In this document: piece after piece, positions 18,623-27,849 of the stretch
How the letters are laid out: each line of letters begins with the position of its first letter
Position numbering within the stretch: position 1 is the first letter of the stretch
DNA from: Nostoc punctiforme PCC 73102
GTDB lineage: Bacteria; Cyanobacteriota; Cyanobacteriia; Cyanobacteriales; Nostocaceae
DNA length: 32,000 nt
NCBI RefSeq assembly: GCF_000020025.1
Contig: NC_010628.1
Span: forward strand, 7,800,001 to 7,832,000
Reading direction: 5' to 3'
The notes under the pieces: generated by a model
Seen by the model: only the letters and a program-made list of their open reading frames with translations
Told to the model about the DNA's origin: nothing
Databases searched by the model: none
Program-made: the position numbers and the translations under genes

Positions 18623-18799
18623 ATGAATAAGACATTACTAACGATTTTGATGCTTGCACTGTTACTCTTATTCATCATTTCTCCCTTTGCTGCCCTTGCT
18701 AGTTTGATGCTGTTAGTGTTAGTTTCGGCATTTTTCTCTTTACTGGTAAACTTGTTTCAAGCCATAATTGCTGGTGACACCAACCCAAAAGGGTCATAA
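18623..18799 (+). CDS. Small hydrophobic protein (58 aa), below the ORF-track cutoff
   Basis: ATG 18623 to TAA 18797-18799 translates to MNKTLLTILMLALLLLFIISPFAALASLMLLVLVSAFFSLLVNLFQAIIAGDTNPKGS, with two hydrophobic segments. It competes with an antisense ORF (18699-18959) that has no features. Confidence 0.4.
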   Translation: MNKTLLTILMLALLLLFIISPFAALASLMLLVLVSAFFSLLVNLFQAIIAGDTNPKGS

Positions 18800-18948
18800 G
18801 GGGACTTCCAAATAAAAAAATATCCCATCGCTTTAAGGGCAGGGAGCAGGGGGAGGGAAAATCGTAGTTAAGTAAAGAGATTGGATAATTTATTTTTTGG
18901 AGTTCCCTAAAAGCAAAATTAAAATAAAGAGAGGATTTTAAAACTATT

Positions 18949-19455
18949 TCAAAAATCAATTTTCATCTTAAAAGAGATGCTACCAATTCGGTTGATTATT
19001 TCGCTACCAAGAATGATTTCAAAGCCAAACCTTTTATATAAACTCAAGGCTGGATTTGTCGCTCTGATACTAAGTGATATTGATGAATAAGATGTTTGGG
19101 CTGCTGCTAACAAATGTGTGAGTAACTGCGTTCCTATACCTTTATTTCTATGTTGGGGAAGAATGGCAATAGCTAGTTCAGGAGTTTGATCGTCAACATA
19201 GCCATATCCTTTATTTTCACCTGTCAATAGACGCAGCCATGCAGATCCTACTGGCTGATTACTAGTTTCTAGAATAGCGATGAAGCCGCTATCATCTTTA
19301 CGTCCCCAATTTTTAACATATTTTGCCAAATCAGGATTATTTATGGCATCCTGCACTGTCAGATTACCTTCTTTTTCCAGATGCGCTGCTTCATAAAGCA
19401 TTTGCCAGAGAAAAGGCTCATCTTCCTGTGTCAATGGACGAGTAGAATAATCCAT
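18949..19455 (-). CDS. GNAT-family N-acetyltransferase
   Basis: Acetyl-CoA binding motif A is QHRNKGIGTQLL; size is 168 aa. Confidence 0.8.
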   Translation of the reverse strand: MDYSTRPLTQEDEPFLWQMLYEAAHLEKEGNLTVQDAINNPDLAKYVKNWGRKDDSGFIAILETSNQPVGSAWLRLLTGENKGYGYVDDQTPELAIAILPQHRNKGIGTQLLTHLLAAAQTSYSSISLSIRATNPALSLYKRFGFEIILGSEIINRIGSISFKMKIDF

Positions 19456-19484
19456 AACTCATGCCCCATCCGCTTGTGTAAAAT

Positions 19485-20039
19485 TTAGGATAATTTACTC
19501 AGTGGTGTTGGTAAACCGTCAATGCTGACAAGATTTTTCTTCTGTTGATATTCTCGAACTCCCTCTTCACCTTTTTTACTAGCCCAGTTTACTAAAGTCT
19601 GGCGCTGACCCTGATATTCATAAAGTGGTACGCCAAAACCACAAGAAGTCTGTACTTTTTCAATATCAGCGACGATAATTTGGCGAGTTCCAGGCATTGG
19701 TAAAAACAGAGAGTACAGAGAGTCCCAGTCTGGAGAACTCGGTAAAATCGTGTTTCCTTGACCGTAAAGACGTAGGATACACGCAGGTTCTTCAAAGGCG
19801 CAAAACATGAAGGTTATCCGCCCATTTTCTTGCAAATGGGCTGAGGTTTCGTTACCACTGCCTGTAAGGTCTACGTAACCGACTTGCTTGGGAGAGAGAA
19901 CGCGAAAGCATCCTAAACCTTTAGGAGATAGATTAACATGACCCGTAGGACTCAAGGGTGCAGAGCCAACAAAGAAAAGGTGTTGGGCTGCAATAAAGTC
20001 TTGCAGTTCGTCTGTAATACAGTCAAAAAGTTTAGACAT
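19485..20039 (-). CDS. Pyridoxamine 5'-phosphate oxidase-family (FMN-binding split barrel) protein
   Basis: Blocks HVNLSPKG, DLTGSGNET and NGRITFMFCAF match the PNPOx-like family as recalled. Confidence 0.7.
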   Translation of the reverse strand: MSKLFDCITDELQDFIAAQHLFFVGSAPLSPTGHVNLSPKGLGCFRVLSPKQVGYVDLTGSGNETSAHLQENGRITFMFCAFEEPACILRLYGQGNTILPSSPDWDSLYSLFLPMPGTRQIIVADIEKVQTSCGFGVPLYEYQGQRQTLVNWASKKGEEGVREYQQKKNLVSIDGLPTPLSKLS

Positions 20040-20280
20040 AGACTGTCTGATTTATATTCACATACAAATTTCTCATCTTCTCAGCCTATGCCTTAGCTAA
20101 ATATCTAGCAAGGCCCAATTGCCGATGTCTGAGCAAATGGGAGTTTGGAGTTAGGAAAAGTATTAAGTAAGTGTAGGCATAAATAATTCTCTTTGGGATA
20201 AGGCAATAGGCAATAAGCATAAGAGTTTTAGCCTAGTTCCTTTTTATTTACGATAGTTTGATTTTATTGTGCCAACTTGC

Positions 20281-20805
20281 TTACTGTCTCATATACCGAC
20301 TAGCCATTTGGATGGCATCAGCGATATCTACATCACCATCACCGTCAGCATCCAAGAAGGAATTCAATACAGGATTCCCGCCAGCTTGGGGATTTTGAGC
20401 ATTTGCACCTGATTGCAAAAAATTCAGGACTAAAGGTACTGCTAAAGGTAGCAATTGTTGAACTATACCAGCATCCAATCCAGTGCGCTGGGCAGCAACT
20501 TGAGCTACCTGTTGTTGTATCTGAGGAGAAAACAGCGAATTGACGGCTTGGGGATTAGGTGAAGTTCCAGCATATTGATTCACTAAACTTTGTGCGGCTT
20601 CATTACCATCTGTGGCTTGCTTGTCTTGTAAAGCGGAACGCACTTGACCACCCACAATTGACAAGACTGATTGAATGGTAGAAGGGTCTGCACCAGTACT
20701 TTGGCTTAATTGCTGTACAGTGTTAATAATTCCTCCCAGTTGCCCTAAGCTACCCTGTTGATTAGGATTAGCAACTGCACCAAGAATTTGATCGAAAAGT
20801 CCCAT
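20281..20805 (-). CDS. DUF937-like protein with a C-terminal Asp-rich Ca-binding-like loop
   Basis: The N-terminus GLFDQILGAV plus Gln/Gly-rich repeats are typical of DUF937. The C-terminus has DADGDGDVDIAD. The ATG at 20805 is preceded by AAGGGAGAA, so it is preferred over the listed TTG 20871. Confidence 0.65.
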   Translation of the reverse strand: MGLFDQILGAVANPNQQGSLGQLGGIINTVQQLSQSTGADPSTIQSVLSIVGGQVRSALQDKQATDGNEAAQSLVNQYAGTSPNPQAVNSLFSPQIQQQVAQVAAQRTGLDAGIVQQLLPLAVPLVLNFLQSGANAQNPQAGGNPVLNSFLDADGDGDVDIADAIQMASRYMRQ

Positions 20806-20962
20806 AAATTTATTTCTCCCTTTGTTCTCAAAAAGCTTGCCAAAACTGGCTTGAAGTGTTTGTGTAGGCAAACTTTCGTCAGTCCACTAAAAAGATTTAA
20901 ACACGCAACCTTATACTTGCTGTTGATTATTATGAAAAAATTAACTTTGGAAAGCTACTAAC

Positions 20963-21943
20963 TCAAGGATGAGAAATTGGTAAAGTTATACCTGCGGTGG
21001 GCAGAGCCAACGCAAACTCTGTACCTTTATCTAACTCAGATTGACAGGTAATCTTACCTTTATGTTTTTCTACCACAATTTGAGATGCGATCGCTAGCCC
21101 TAAACCAGTACCAATGCCTCGTGGTTTGGTGGTAAAAAATGTTTCAAATATCTTTTTCTGATTTTCTGGTGAAATACCAGGGCCGTTGTCGGCAATTCGC
21201 ACTATTACCAAATCATTCTCCCAGCATTCTGTGATAATAGTGATTTCAGGGACAAATTCGGGATTTTCAGCCGATTTTTGCTCCAAAGCATCAAGTGCAT
21301 TGCTGAGAAGATTCATAAATACTTGATAAAGTAAACCTGTGTAGCCTGGAACCTCTGGAATCTCTCCATAGCTGCGAACAAGGTTAATGCCATTTTTCAG
21401 GCGATTGTTCAGAATCAACAATGTACTATCTAGACAAGCATGTAGCTCGACTAACTGGGCTTCCCCATCGTCTAAACGAGAGAAATCTTTCAAACTTCGG
21501 ACAATTTCTCGCGTGCGTTCAGCACCAATTTTCATTGAATTAAAGAGTTTTGGCAAATCGACTTCTAGAAACTCCAAATCAATTTCTTCTGCTAGATTTT
21601 GTACAGCAGTGGAAGGCTGAGGAACTTCGGCTTTATATACTTGCAGTAATGCTAATAAATCGTCAGTATAGGTTTTCGCGTGTACGAGGTTGCCAGAAAT
21701 GAAATTTACAGGATTATTAATTTCGTGGGCGACACCAGCCAGCATTCTTCCTAAACTAGACATTTTTTCACTTTGAATTAGTCGGACTTGGGCTTCGGCT
21801 TGTTGTTCTTCTAAAAGGTGCTTCACCTGTCGAATTAGCTGGTTAAGGGAATTAGTTAAAGCCCCAACTTCATCTTGAGTAATTACGGGCGCTTGCAAGT
21901 CAAAATTGGCTTCTTGGCTAACTTTTTGGGCGATATCTGTCAC
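20963..21943 (-). CDS. Histidine kinase core (partial HAMP, HisKA, HATPase_c); apparently the 3' part of a disrupted gene
   Basis: H-box GVAHEINNPVNF, N-box LLSNALDAL, G1 DNGPGI, G2 GTGLGLAI. The only in-frame start is GTG inside the HAMP-like segment. The frame is open a further 20 codons upstream, encoding a TM-like segment AIAAILAFYTSTIIAYPIKAV. Confidence 0.75.
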   Translation of the reverse strand: MTDIAQKVSQEANFDLQAPVITQDEVGALTNSLNQLIRQVKHLLEEQQAEAQVRLIQSEKMSSLGRMLAGVAHEINNPVNFISGNLVHAKTYTDDLLALLQVYKAEVPQPSTAVQNLAEEIDLEFLEVDLPKLFNSMKIGAERTREIVRSLKDFSRLDDGEAQLVELHACLDSTLLILNNRLKNGINLVRSYGEIPEVPGYTGLLYQVFMNLLSNALDALEQKSAENPEFVPEITIITECWENDLVIVRIADNGPGISPENQKKIFETFFTTKPRGIGTGLGLAIASQIVVEKHKGKITCQSELDKGTEFALALPTAGITLPISHP

Positions 21944-21947
21944 CGCT

Positions 21948-22145
21948 TTAATCGGATAGGCAATGATTGTACTGGTGTAGAAAGCCAGGATAGCAGCGAT
22001 CGCCTATTACCAACCCTGCTGTCGTTCCTAAAACTGCAACTCTCAAAGCCAAACCGTATCCATAAAAGATTTTTTGCCGAATACTAAGGCGATGGAATCT
22101 TTGTTGAACCCAGTTAAAGTATTTTAATTTAGGTATCGCAGTCAT
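21948..22145 (-). pseudogene. N-terminal fragment (TM1 region) of the same histidine kinase, in a different frame
   Basis: From ATG 22145 it reads MTAIPKLKYFNWVQQRFHRLSIRQKIFYGYGLALRVAVLGTTAGLVIGD, then runs out of frame into a stop. The frame switch coincides with GGCGATCGC at the junction. Confidence 0.6.
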
Positions 22146-22265
22146 GGTATTACTCGTTGTTGAATTTTTTACTAAGTGGTTTTTCATCAAAAACAAGAAA
22201 TCCAGCCGCAAGTGAGAACACATTTAATACAAAATTCGCTCTTAGTTTATCAAAAGGGGTTTTTT

Positions 22266-22320
22266 CTACCCTGGTCAAAAATACTGAAACTATGAAGATT
22301 ATAAGTATCTGCCTACTGAA
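22266..22320. repeat. Copy 1 of a ~55-nt direct repeat
   Basis: 46 of 55 positions are identical to 22477-22531 by manual alignment (core CTGGT..A.ACTGAAACTAT.AAGAT....AG.ATCTGC.TACTGAA). Confidence 0.7.
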
Positions 22321-22408
22321 TGTTGATAGAAGAAGAGCAGAGGAAGAAGGGGAGCAGGGGAAAAAGGCTGAACCCAAGCTTATTGACATATAGAATTATT
22401 TATTGTGG

Positions 22409-22429
22409 GGGTACAGCATTGCTGTGCCC
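22409..22429. repeat. Short GC-rich hairpin (GGGTACAGC-ATT-GCTGTGCCC), Nostoc-type dispersed palindrome
   Basis: A 9-bp stem with one G-U position and a 3-nt loop, located between the two direct-repeat copies. Confidence 0.5.
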
Positions 22430-22476
22430 TTAAGTTTCACCGTCAAAGGTTCAGATTTTGCAAAAGCTGCTTCTTA

Positions 22477-22531
22477 CTACTCTGGTAAGAAAGACTGAAA
22501 CTATTAAGATCAGAAGCATCTGCTTACTGAA
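22477..22531. repeat. Copy 2 of the ~55-nt direct repeat, ending 23 nt upstream of the GTPase start codon
   Basis: See copy 1. Similarity extends weakly upstream, with CAAAAG preceding both copies. Confidence 0.7.
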
Positions 22532-22554
22532 ATACCCACTAATCTTTCCTAGCC

Positions 22555-24108
22555 ATGCCTCTGTCGCGCATAGTAACGCTAATTGTTGGTCTGATAGTCA
22601 TTTTGGGGCTAGCCCTATGGCTAATTGATTCCCTATCACGCCTTTATTGGCAATTGTCCTATTCGCCGTTGCTTGGCAATTTGCTGCTGTTGCTGCTGAT
22701 TGTTCTTATAGGAGCCTTGGTTGCGGCTTTTGTCTATTATGTATTGGTAATTCAAGCTGGGGAAAAGCGATCACGCCGCAACCCCAAGCGAGTAACTGCG
22801 GCGCAAATTCCTGCTGCTAAATCTGACGCTGCTTCTACAACTCTCCAAGCTGTGCGCCAACAGGTAGCGCAAATTCAAGATGAAGTCACACGTCAAGCTT
22901 TATTAAGTCGATCGCGGGAGATTGAAGCGAATTTAGCACGCGGTGAAATTCAAGTAGTGGTATTTGGTACGGGGAGTGCTGGCAAAACTTCCCTAGTTAA
23001 TGCAATTATGGGACGCATGGTAGGTCAAGTAGATGCACCGATGGGTACAACCCAGGTTGGAGAAACCTATTGTCTGCGGTTGAAGGGATTAGAACGCAAG
23101 ATTTTAATTACAGATACGCCAGGGATTTTAGAAGCAGGGGTGGCGGGAACAGAACGAGAACAAATGGCGCGAGAACTGGCAACAGAAGCAGATTTACTGT
23201 TATTTGTGGTGGATAATGACTTACGACGCTCAGAATATGAGCCGTTGCGCGGGTTAGCAGAAATTGGTAAGCGATCGCTCCTAGTTCTCAACAAAACCGA
23301 TTTATATACAGATGAAGATAAAGAATCCATCCTCGCTAGGTTGCGTCAACGGGTACGGGGATTTATTGCTACTAATGATGTGGTGGCGATCGCAGCTAAT
23401 CCCCAATCTGCACAACTAGAAACCGGCGAAACTTACCAGCCGGAACCAGATATTGTCCCTTTACTGCGACGCACGGCTGCTGTTTTACGCGCCGAAGGTG
23501 AAGATTTGGTGGCGGATAATATTCTTTTGCAATCTCTGCGATTGGGAGACGAGGCGCGAAAACTCATCGATGGTCAGCGTCGCCGTCAAGCTGACAAAAT
23601 CGTAGAACGATTCCAGTGGATTGGTGCCGGTGTAGTATCAGTTACGCCAATACCAGTGGTAGATTTATTAGCGACAGCAGCTGTTAATGCTCAAATGGTT
23701 GTGGAAATTGGCAGAGTCTACGGCTGTGAATTGAATATGGAACGGGGACGAGAGTTAGCTCTTTCTTTAGCGAAAACTATTGCTAGTTTGGGCATTGTCA
23801 AGGGAGCAATTCAATTATTATCTACAGCGTTGCAACTTAATGTTGCTACCTTTCTTATTGGTCGGGCGATTCAAGGTGTGACAGCAGCTTATTTAACGCG
23901 AATTGCTGGTAAAAGTTTTATTGAATATTTTCGTCACGATCAAGATTGGGGTGATGGGGGAATGACAGAAGTTGTGCAGAAACAGTTTCAAATTAATCGC
24001 CGAGATGAATTTATTAAAGCTTTTATTCAAGAAGCGATCGCGCGAGTGGTGAAGCCGTTACAAGATAAATCTGAAGTAATTGAACATGATGAAGAAGTCA
24101 ATAGTTAA
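22555..24108 (+). CDS. Membrane-anchored GTP-binding protein with a C-terminal DUF697-like domain
   Basis: Two N-terminal TM segments. G1 is GTGSAGKTS, G3 is DTPG, G4 is NKTD. The C-terminal hydrophobic region resembles DUF697/YcjF. Confidence 0.8.
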   Translation: MPLSRIVTLIVGLIVILGLALWLIDSLSRLYWQLSYSPLLGNLLLLLLIVLIGALVAAFVYYVLVIQAGEKRSRRNPKRVTAAQIPAAKSDAASTTLQAVRQQVAQIQDEVTRQALLSRSREIEANLARGEIQVVVFGTGSAGKTSLVNAIMGRMVGQVDAPMGTTQVGETYCLRLKGLERKILITDTPGILEAGVAGTEREQMARELATEADLLLFVVDNDLRRSEYEPLRGLAEIGKRSLLVLNKTDLYTDEDKESILARLRQRVRGFIATNDVVAIAANPQSAQLETGETYQPEPDIVPLLRRTAAVLRAEGEDLVADNILLQSLRLGDEARKLIDGQRRRQADKIVERFQWIGAGVVSVTPIPVVDLLATAAVNAQMVVEIGRVYGCELNMERGRELALSLAKTIASLGIVKGAIQLLSTALQLNVATFLIGRAIQGVTAAYLTRIAGKSFIEYFRHDQDWGDGGMTEVVQKQFQINRRDEFIKAFIQEAIARVVKPLQDKSEVIEHDEEVNS

Positions 24109-24397
24109 ATAATTCAAAATTCAAAAACAAATGCGCTTCCTGTTATTAGGTGTGCAAAAGTCAAGGTAAAAGAAGAATCGATCAAACAGCAACTCTTTAA
24201 AACGGATATTTAAAGTGTATTAGGTCCATTTTTTTGCTGTTGTAATTTAGCCAAAAGATGGTGAAATCACATAATGCATCATTAGATTTTCTATTTTCCC
24301 AAGTTGTTTAGGTAAGATTCTTTTTCACAAATAATTGATATAGTTAAGTAAAACTTATGCAAATCAGTCAATTTATTTGAATTCTTTATAAAGTATG

Positions 24398-24423
24398 TTA
24401 ACTGTCTTAACTGTCTTAACTGT
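24398..24423. repeat. Tandem 9-mer (TTAACTGTC, about 2.9 copies) in the AT-rich region upstream of the A-T-R gene
   Basis: Read directly: TTAACTGTC TTAACTGTC TTAACTGT. Confidence 0.8.
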
Positions 24424-24660
24424 TCTTGCATTCCTATTAAAAGTCTGAGACGTTAAGAAAGATAAAGTGTAGTGTTATGCATTCCAATCAATTTGGAGAG
24501 CTTAAACAATTACAACGACAGTAACAACTAGTAAACTAAAGTCTACTTACAAGCCGCAGCAAGCATCTGGAACGCTTAAGCAAGTCTTTGTTAGTTTCGC
24601 TTGCTGCAATTAGGTATGAAAAGTTTTGTCCTATAAATCTTTGCTCAAAAAATAAATTCT

Positions 24661-27600
24661 ATGATTTTTGGCAGTCTATACCCTGACATTCCTATCCCTA
24701 AACAGCCACTGACAGAATTTGTCTTGCAACGAGCAATAAATTTAGCCGACAAACCAGCCCTTATTGAAGGACTAACTAACAGGATAATAACATATAAACA
24801 ACTAGTCGAGTCAATTCGTAAAATTGCTTGTAGCTTGGCAGCGCGTGGCTTCTCCAAGGGAGATGTTTTAGCTATTTACAGCCCTAATATTCCGGAATAT
24901 GCGATCGCTTTTCATGCCGTAGCAACTTTAGGTGGGATTATCACCACAGTCAACCCATCCTACACCGCAGAAGAACTGGCATATCAACTCAATGATGCTG
25001 GAGCAAAACATCTCATCACCATCCCAGACCTTGTAGGGCAAGCATTAGAAGCGATTGGTCACTCAAAAGTAGAGGAAGTATTCGTATTTGGTGAAGCAGC
25101 TGGAGCTACCCGATTTTCTGTACTTTTAGAAGGTGAAGGAGAAATACCAAAAGTACAAATCAATCCACAAGAAGATTTAGTAGCCTTGCTCTACTCTAGT
25201 GGTACTACTGGTATGCCTAAAGGTGTAATGCACACCCACCATTCATTTGTGGCCAACTTTCACCAATTCCAAAACTGCGAGCCAGTCAGCAAGGCTGATG
25301 CAATTATCGGAGTTTTACCTTTTTTTCACGCCTATGGCCTGGTCATGCTGAATTACAGCCTGGCTTGCGGTGCTACTGTTGTGACGATGCCGCGCTTTGA
25401 TTTAGAAGCCTTTGTGAGCCTGATTGAAAAGCATAAAATCACCCGTATTCACATCGTTCCGCCAATTTTGCTGGCATTAGCAAAGCAGCCAATAGTAGAT
25501 AAATACGATCTTTCGAGCTTGCGAGTGCTGACTTCTGGAGCAGCACCACTTAGCCATCAATTGATCGAAGAGTGCGAACAGCGTCTGACTAATTGCGTTG
25601 TTAAGCAAGCATACGGAACGACAGAAACCTTTGTGACCACCTACACTCCAGATGAACGTGACAAAATCAAGCCTGGTTCAGTAGGTCAATGTCTCCCTCA
25701 TGTTGAATGTCAAATCGTAAATGTCGATACCCAACAACCATTAGGTTTTAATCAATCAGGAGAGTTGTGGGTACGCGGGCCGCAGATCATGAAAGGCTAT
25801 TTGAATAATCCCGACGCAACTGCCAGCACAATCAATCGAGATGGTTGGTATCACACTGGTGATATTGTCTATATTGACGAAGACGACTACTTTTACATAG
25901 TCGATCGCATCAAAGAATTGATTAAGTGTAATGGCTACTCCATAGCACCGGCAGAATTAGAAGCAGTATTGTTGAGTCATCCGGCTGTCGCTGATGCTTG
26001 TGTAGTCAAGAGTCCTCATCCTAGTAGTGGGGAAGTTCCCAAAGCTTTTGTCGTACTAAAAGCCGCTGCCACTGCACAGGAAATTATGGAGTTTGTCGCT
26101 GGTCAAGTTGCACCGCATAAAATGATCCGCAGACTTGAATTTGTGGACAAAATTCCCAAATCGCCTTCTGGCAAAATTTTGCGCCGCATATTGGCACAAC
26201 AAGAACTGACAAATATCAAAGCAGCATCCTCTGACGAGCAACCATTGGAGCAACGATTAGAATTTTTAGAACAGTTAGATGATGGTTCTTTGGGTCAACG
26301 TCAAGAACTATTAATTGCTTACATTCGAGAGCAATTTGTCAAAGTTTTAGGCATCAATACTTCTCAAAATCTGGATATAGAGAAGCCTTTGCATGAACTG
26401 AGGCTTGATTCTCTCATGAATATCGATTTGAAGAATCGTATTGATACTGAATTAGGGGTAGACATACCCATAGATATGTTGCTTGGTAACTCCAATATCA
26501 ACCAATTGGTAAATTTATTGCTTCAGCAACTAACAGCGAAAAACACAATTATCTCAAAAAAATCATCGGCTGAATTAGCAACAGATTTGAATTCAGAAGT
26601 TGTTTTAGACTCTACTATATTTCCTGAATACCCATCTGAGTCATTTGTAACTGAGCCTGCTGCTATTCTCTTAACTGGAGCTACAGGCTTTTTAGGAGCT
26701 TTTTTACTTCAAGAACTGCTGTTAAAAACCCAGGCGGATGTTTATTGTTTGGTACGTTCTACTGATGCTAGATCAGGGAAGATGAGGATTCAAAATAACT
26801 TAGAATCCTATGGAATTTGGCATGAAGATTTTGCTGAGAGAATTATTCCTATTTTAGGTGATTTATCTCAACTAATGTTAGGTTTGTCATTACAAGATTT
26901 TCAAAAAATGAGCAGCATCATTGATACGATCTATCACAACGCTGCTTGGATTAACTATGTTTATCCCTATTCAGCATTAAAGCCTACCAATATTTTAGGA
27001 ACTCAGGAAATATTGAGATTGGCGAGTCGTGTAAAAATCAAGCCTGTACATTATATTTCCACTATTGCTGTTTTTGAGTCACCTGCTTATTGGGGAAAGG
27101 TAGTAACTGAATCCGATCAACTCGATCATAGTGAGGGAATGAAACTTGCTTACTCCCAAAGTAAATGGGTGGCAGAAAAGTTAGTGATGTTAGCGAGTGA
27201 CAGAGGAATTCCAGTTTCAATTTATAGATCACCATTTATTTCTGGGCATAGTCAAACAGGCGCTTGGTATAAAGATGATGTGATTTGCCGCACCATCAAA
27301 GGCTGTATACAAATTGGGAGCATGACAGACATCACTGACACCTTAGATTTAGCCCCTGTGGATTACCTCAGCCAAAGTATTGTGTATTTATCACAGCAAA
27401 AAGATTCTCTTGGCAAGGCTTTTCACTTAAATAATCCTCAATCTATTTCTTGGCGAGAACTAACTGATTTTATCCGTTCTCTTGGCTATCAGATTGAGCA
27501 TATTGCTTATCACGATTGGCAAACACAACTAAATAATTCTGTCCGCTCTCAGGAAAATCCTTTGTATCATCTCTTGCCTTTTTATCAAAAGCATTATCAA

Positions 27601-27765
27601 CAATCAACCGATCCCAAAATTAGTTGTTTAGCAACACAAAATGCTCTTACAGTAAGTTCAATAAGGTGTCCTCCAGTGAATGAACAATTGCTCAATACCT
27701 ATTTTTCCTATTTTCTTCGTAGTGGTTGGTTGGGCGTGTCGCTACCCTCGAATAAATTGGCTTAA
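24661..27765 (+). CDS. NRPS-like carboxylate reductase: 4-coumarate-CoA-ligase-like adenylation domain, carrier domain and thioester reductase (A-T-R)
   Basis: The 4CL-like N-terminus is MIFGSLYPDIPIP. AMP-binding motifs are SSGTTGMPKG (nt 25195-25224), YGTTE, GWYHTGD and PKSPSGKILRR. The carrier Ser is in LRLDSLM (Ser584, nt 26410-26412). The reductase has LTGATGFLG (nt 26674-26697) and YSQSK. Confidence 0.9.
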   Translation: MIFGSLYPDIPIPKQPLTEFVLQRAINLADKPALIEGLTNRIITYKQLVESIRKIACSLAARGFSKGDVLAIYSPNIPEYAIAFHAVATLGGIITTVNPSYTAEELAYQLNDAGAKHLITIPDLVGQALEAIGHSKVEEVFVFGEAAGATRFSVLLEGEGEIPKVQINPQEDLVALLYSSGTTGMPKGVMHTHHSFVANFHQFQNCEPVSKADAIIGVLPFFHAYGLVMLNYSLACGATVVTMPRFDLEAFVSLIEKHKITRIHIVPPILLALAKQPIVDKYDLSSLRVLTSGAAPLSHQLIEECEQRLTNCVVKQAYGTTETFVTTYTPDERDKIKPGSVGQCLPHVECQIVNVDTQQPLGFNQSGELWVRGPQIMKGYLNNPDATASTINRDGWYHTGDIVYIDEDDYFYIVDRIKELIKCNGYSIAPAELEAVLLSHPAVADACVVKSPHPSSGEVPKAFVVLKAAATAQEIMEFVAGQVAPHKMIRRLEFVDKIPKSPSGKILRRILAQQELTNIKAASSDEQPLEQRLEFLEQLDDGSLGQRQELLIAYIREQFVKVLGINTSQNLDIEKPLHELRLDSLMNIDLKNRIDTELGVDIPIDMLLGNSNINQLVNLLLQQLTAKNTIISKKSSAELATDLNSEVVLDSTIFPEYPSESFVTEPAAILLTGATGFLGAFLLQELLLKTQADVYCLVRSTDARSGKMRIQNNLESYGIWHEDFAERIIPILGDLSQLMLGLSLQDFQKMSSIIDTIYHNAAWINYVYPYSALKPTNILGTQEILRLASRVKIKPVHYISTIAVFESPAYWGKVVTESDQLDHSEGMKLAYSQSKWVAEKLVMLASDRGIPVSIYRSPFISGHSQTGAWYKDDVICRTIKGCIQIGSMTDITDTLDLAPVDYLSQSIVYLSQQKDSLGKAFHLNNPQSISWRELTDFIRSLGYQIEHIAYHDWQTQLNNSVRSQENPLYHLLPFYQKHYQQSTDPKISCLATQNALTVSSIRCPPVNEQLLNTYFSYFLRSGWLGVSLPSNKLA

Positions 27766-27849
27766 CTGTTACCAATTAAGCAATTTTAATAGGATTAAAA
27801 ATTACGCTCAAATAAGCCCATTTTTAATTAGTATTTAGGACTAAAACTC

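Noticed and set aside
18699-18959. 86-aa minus-strand ORF between DUF4336 and GNAT
   Set aside because: It overlaps the GNAT gene 3' end and the better-supported 58-codon + strand ORF, and has no features.
22150-22393. Overlapping 78-aa and 79-aa ORFs on both strands in the kinase/GTPase intergenic region
   Set aside because: They mirror each other across repeat-rich, purine-rich DNA and include the direct repeat. They are most likely non-coding.
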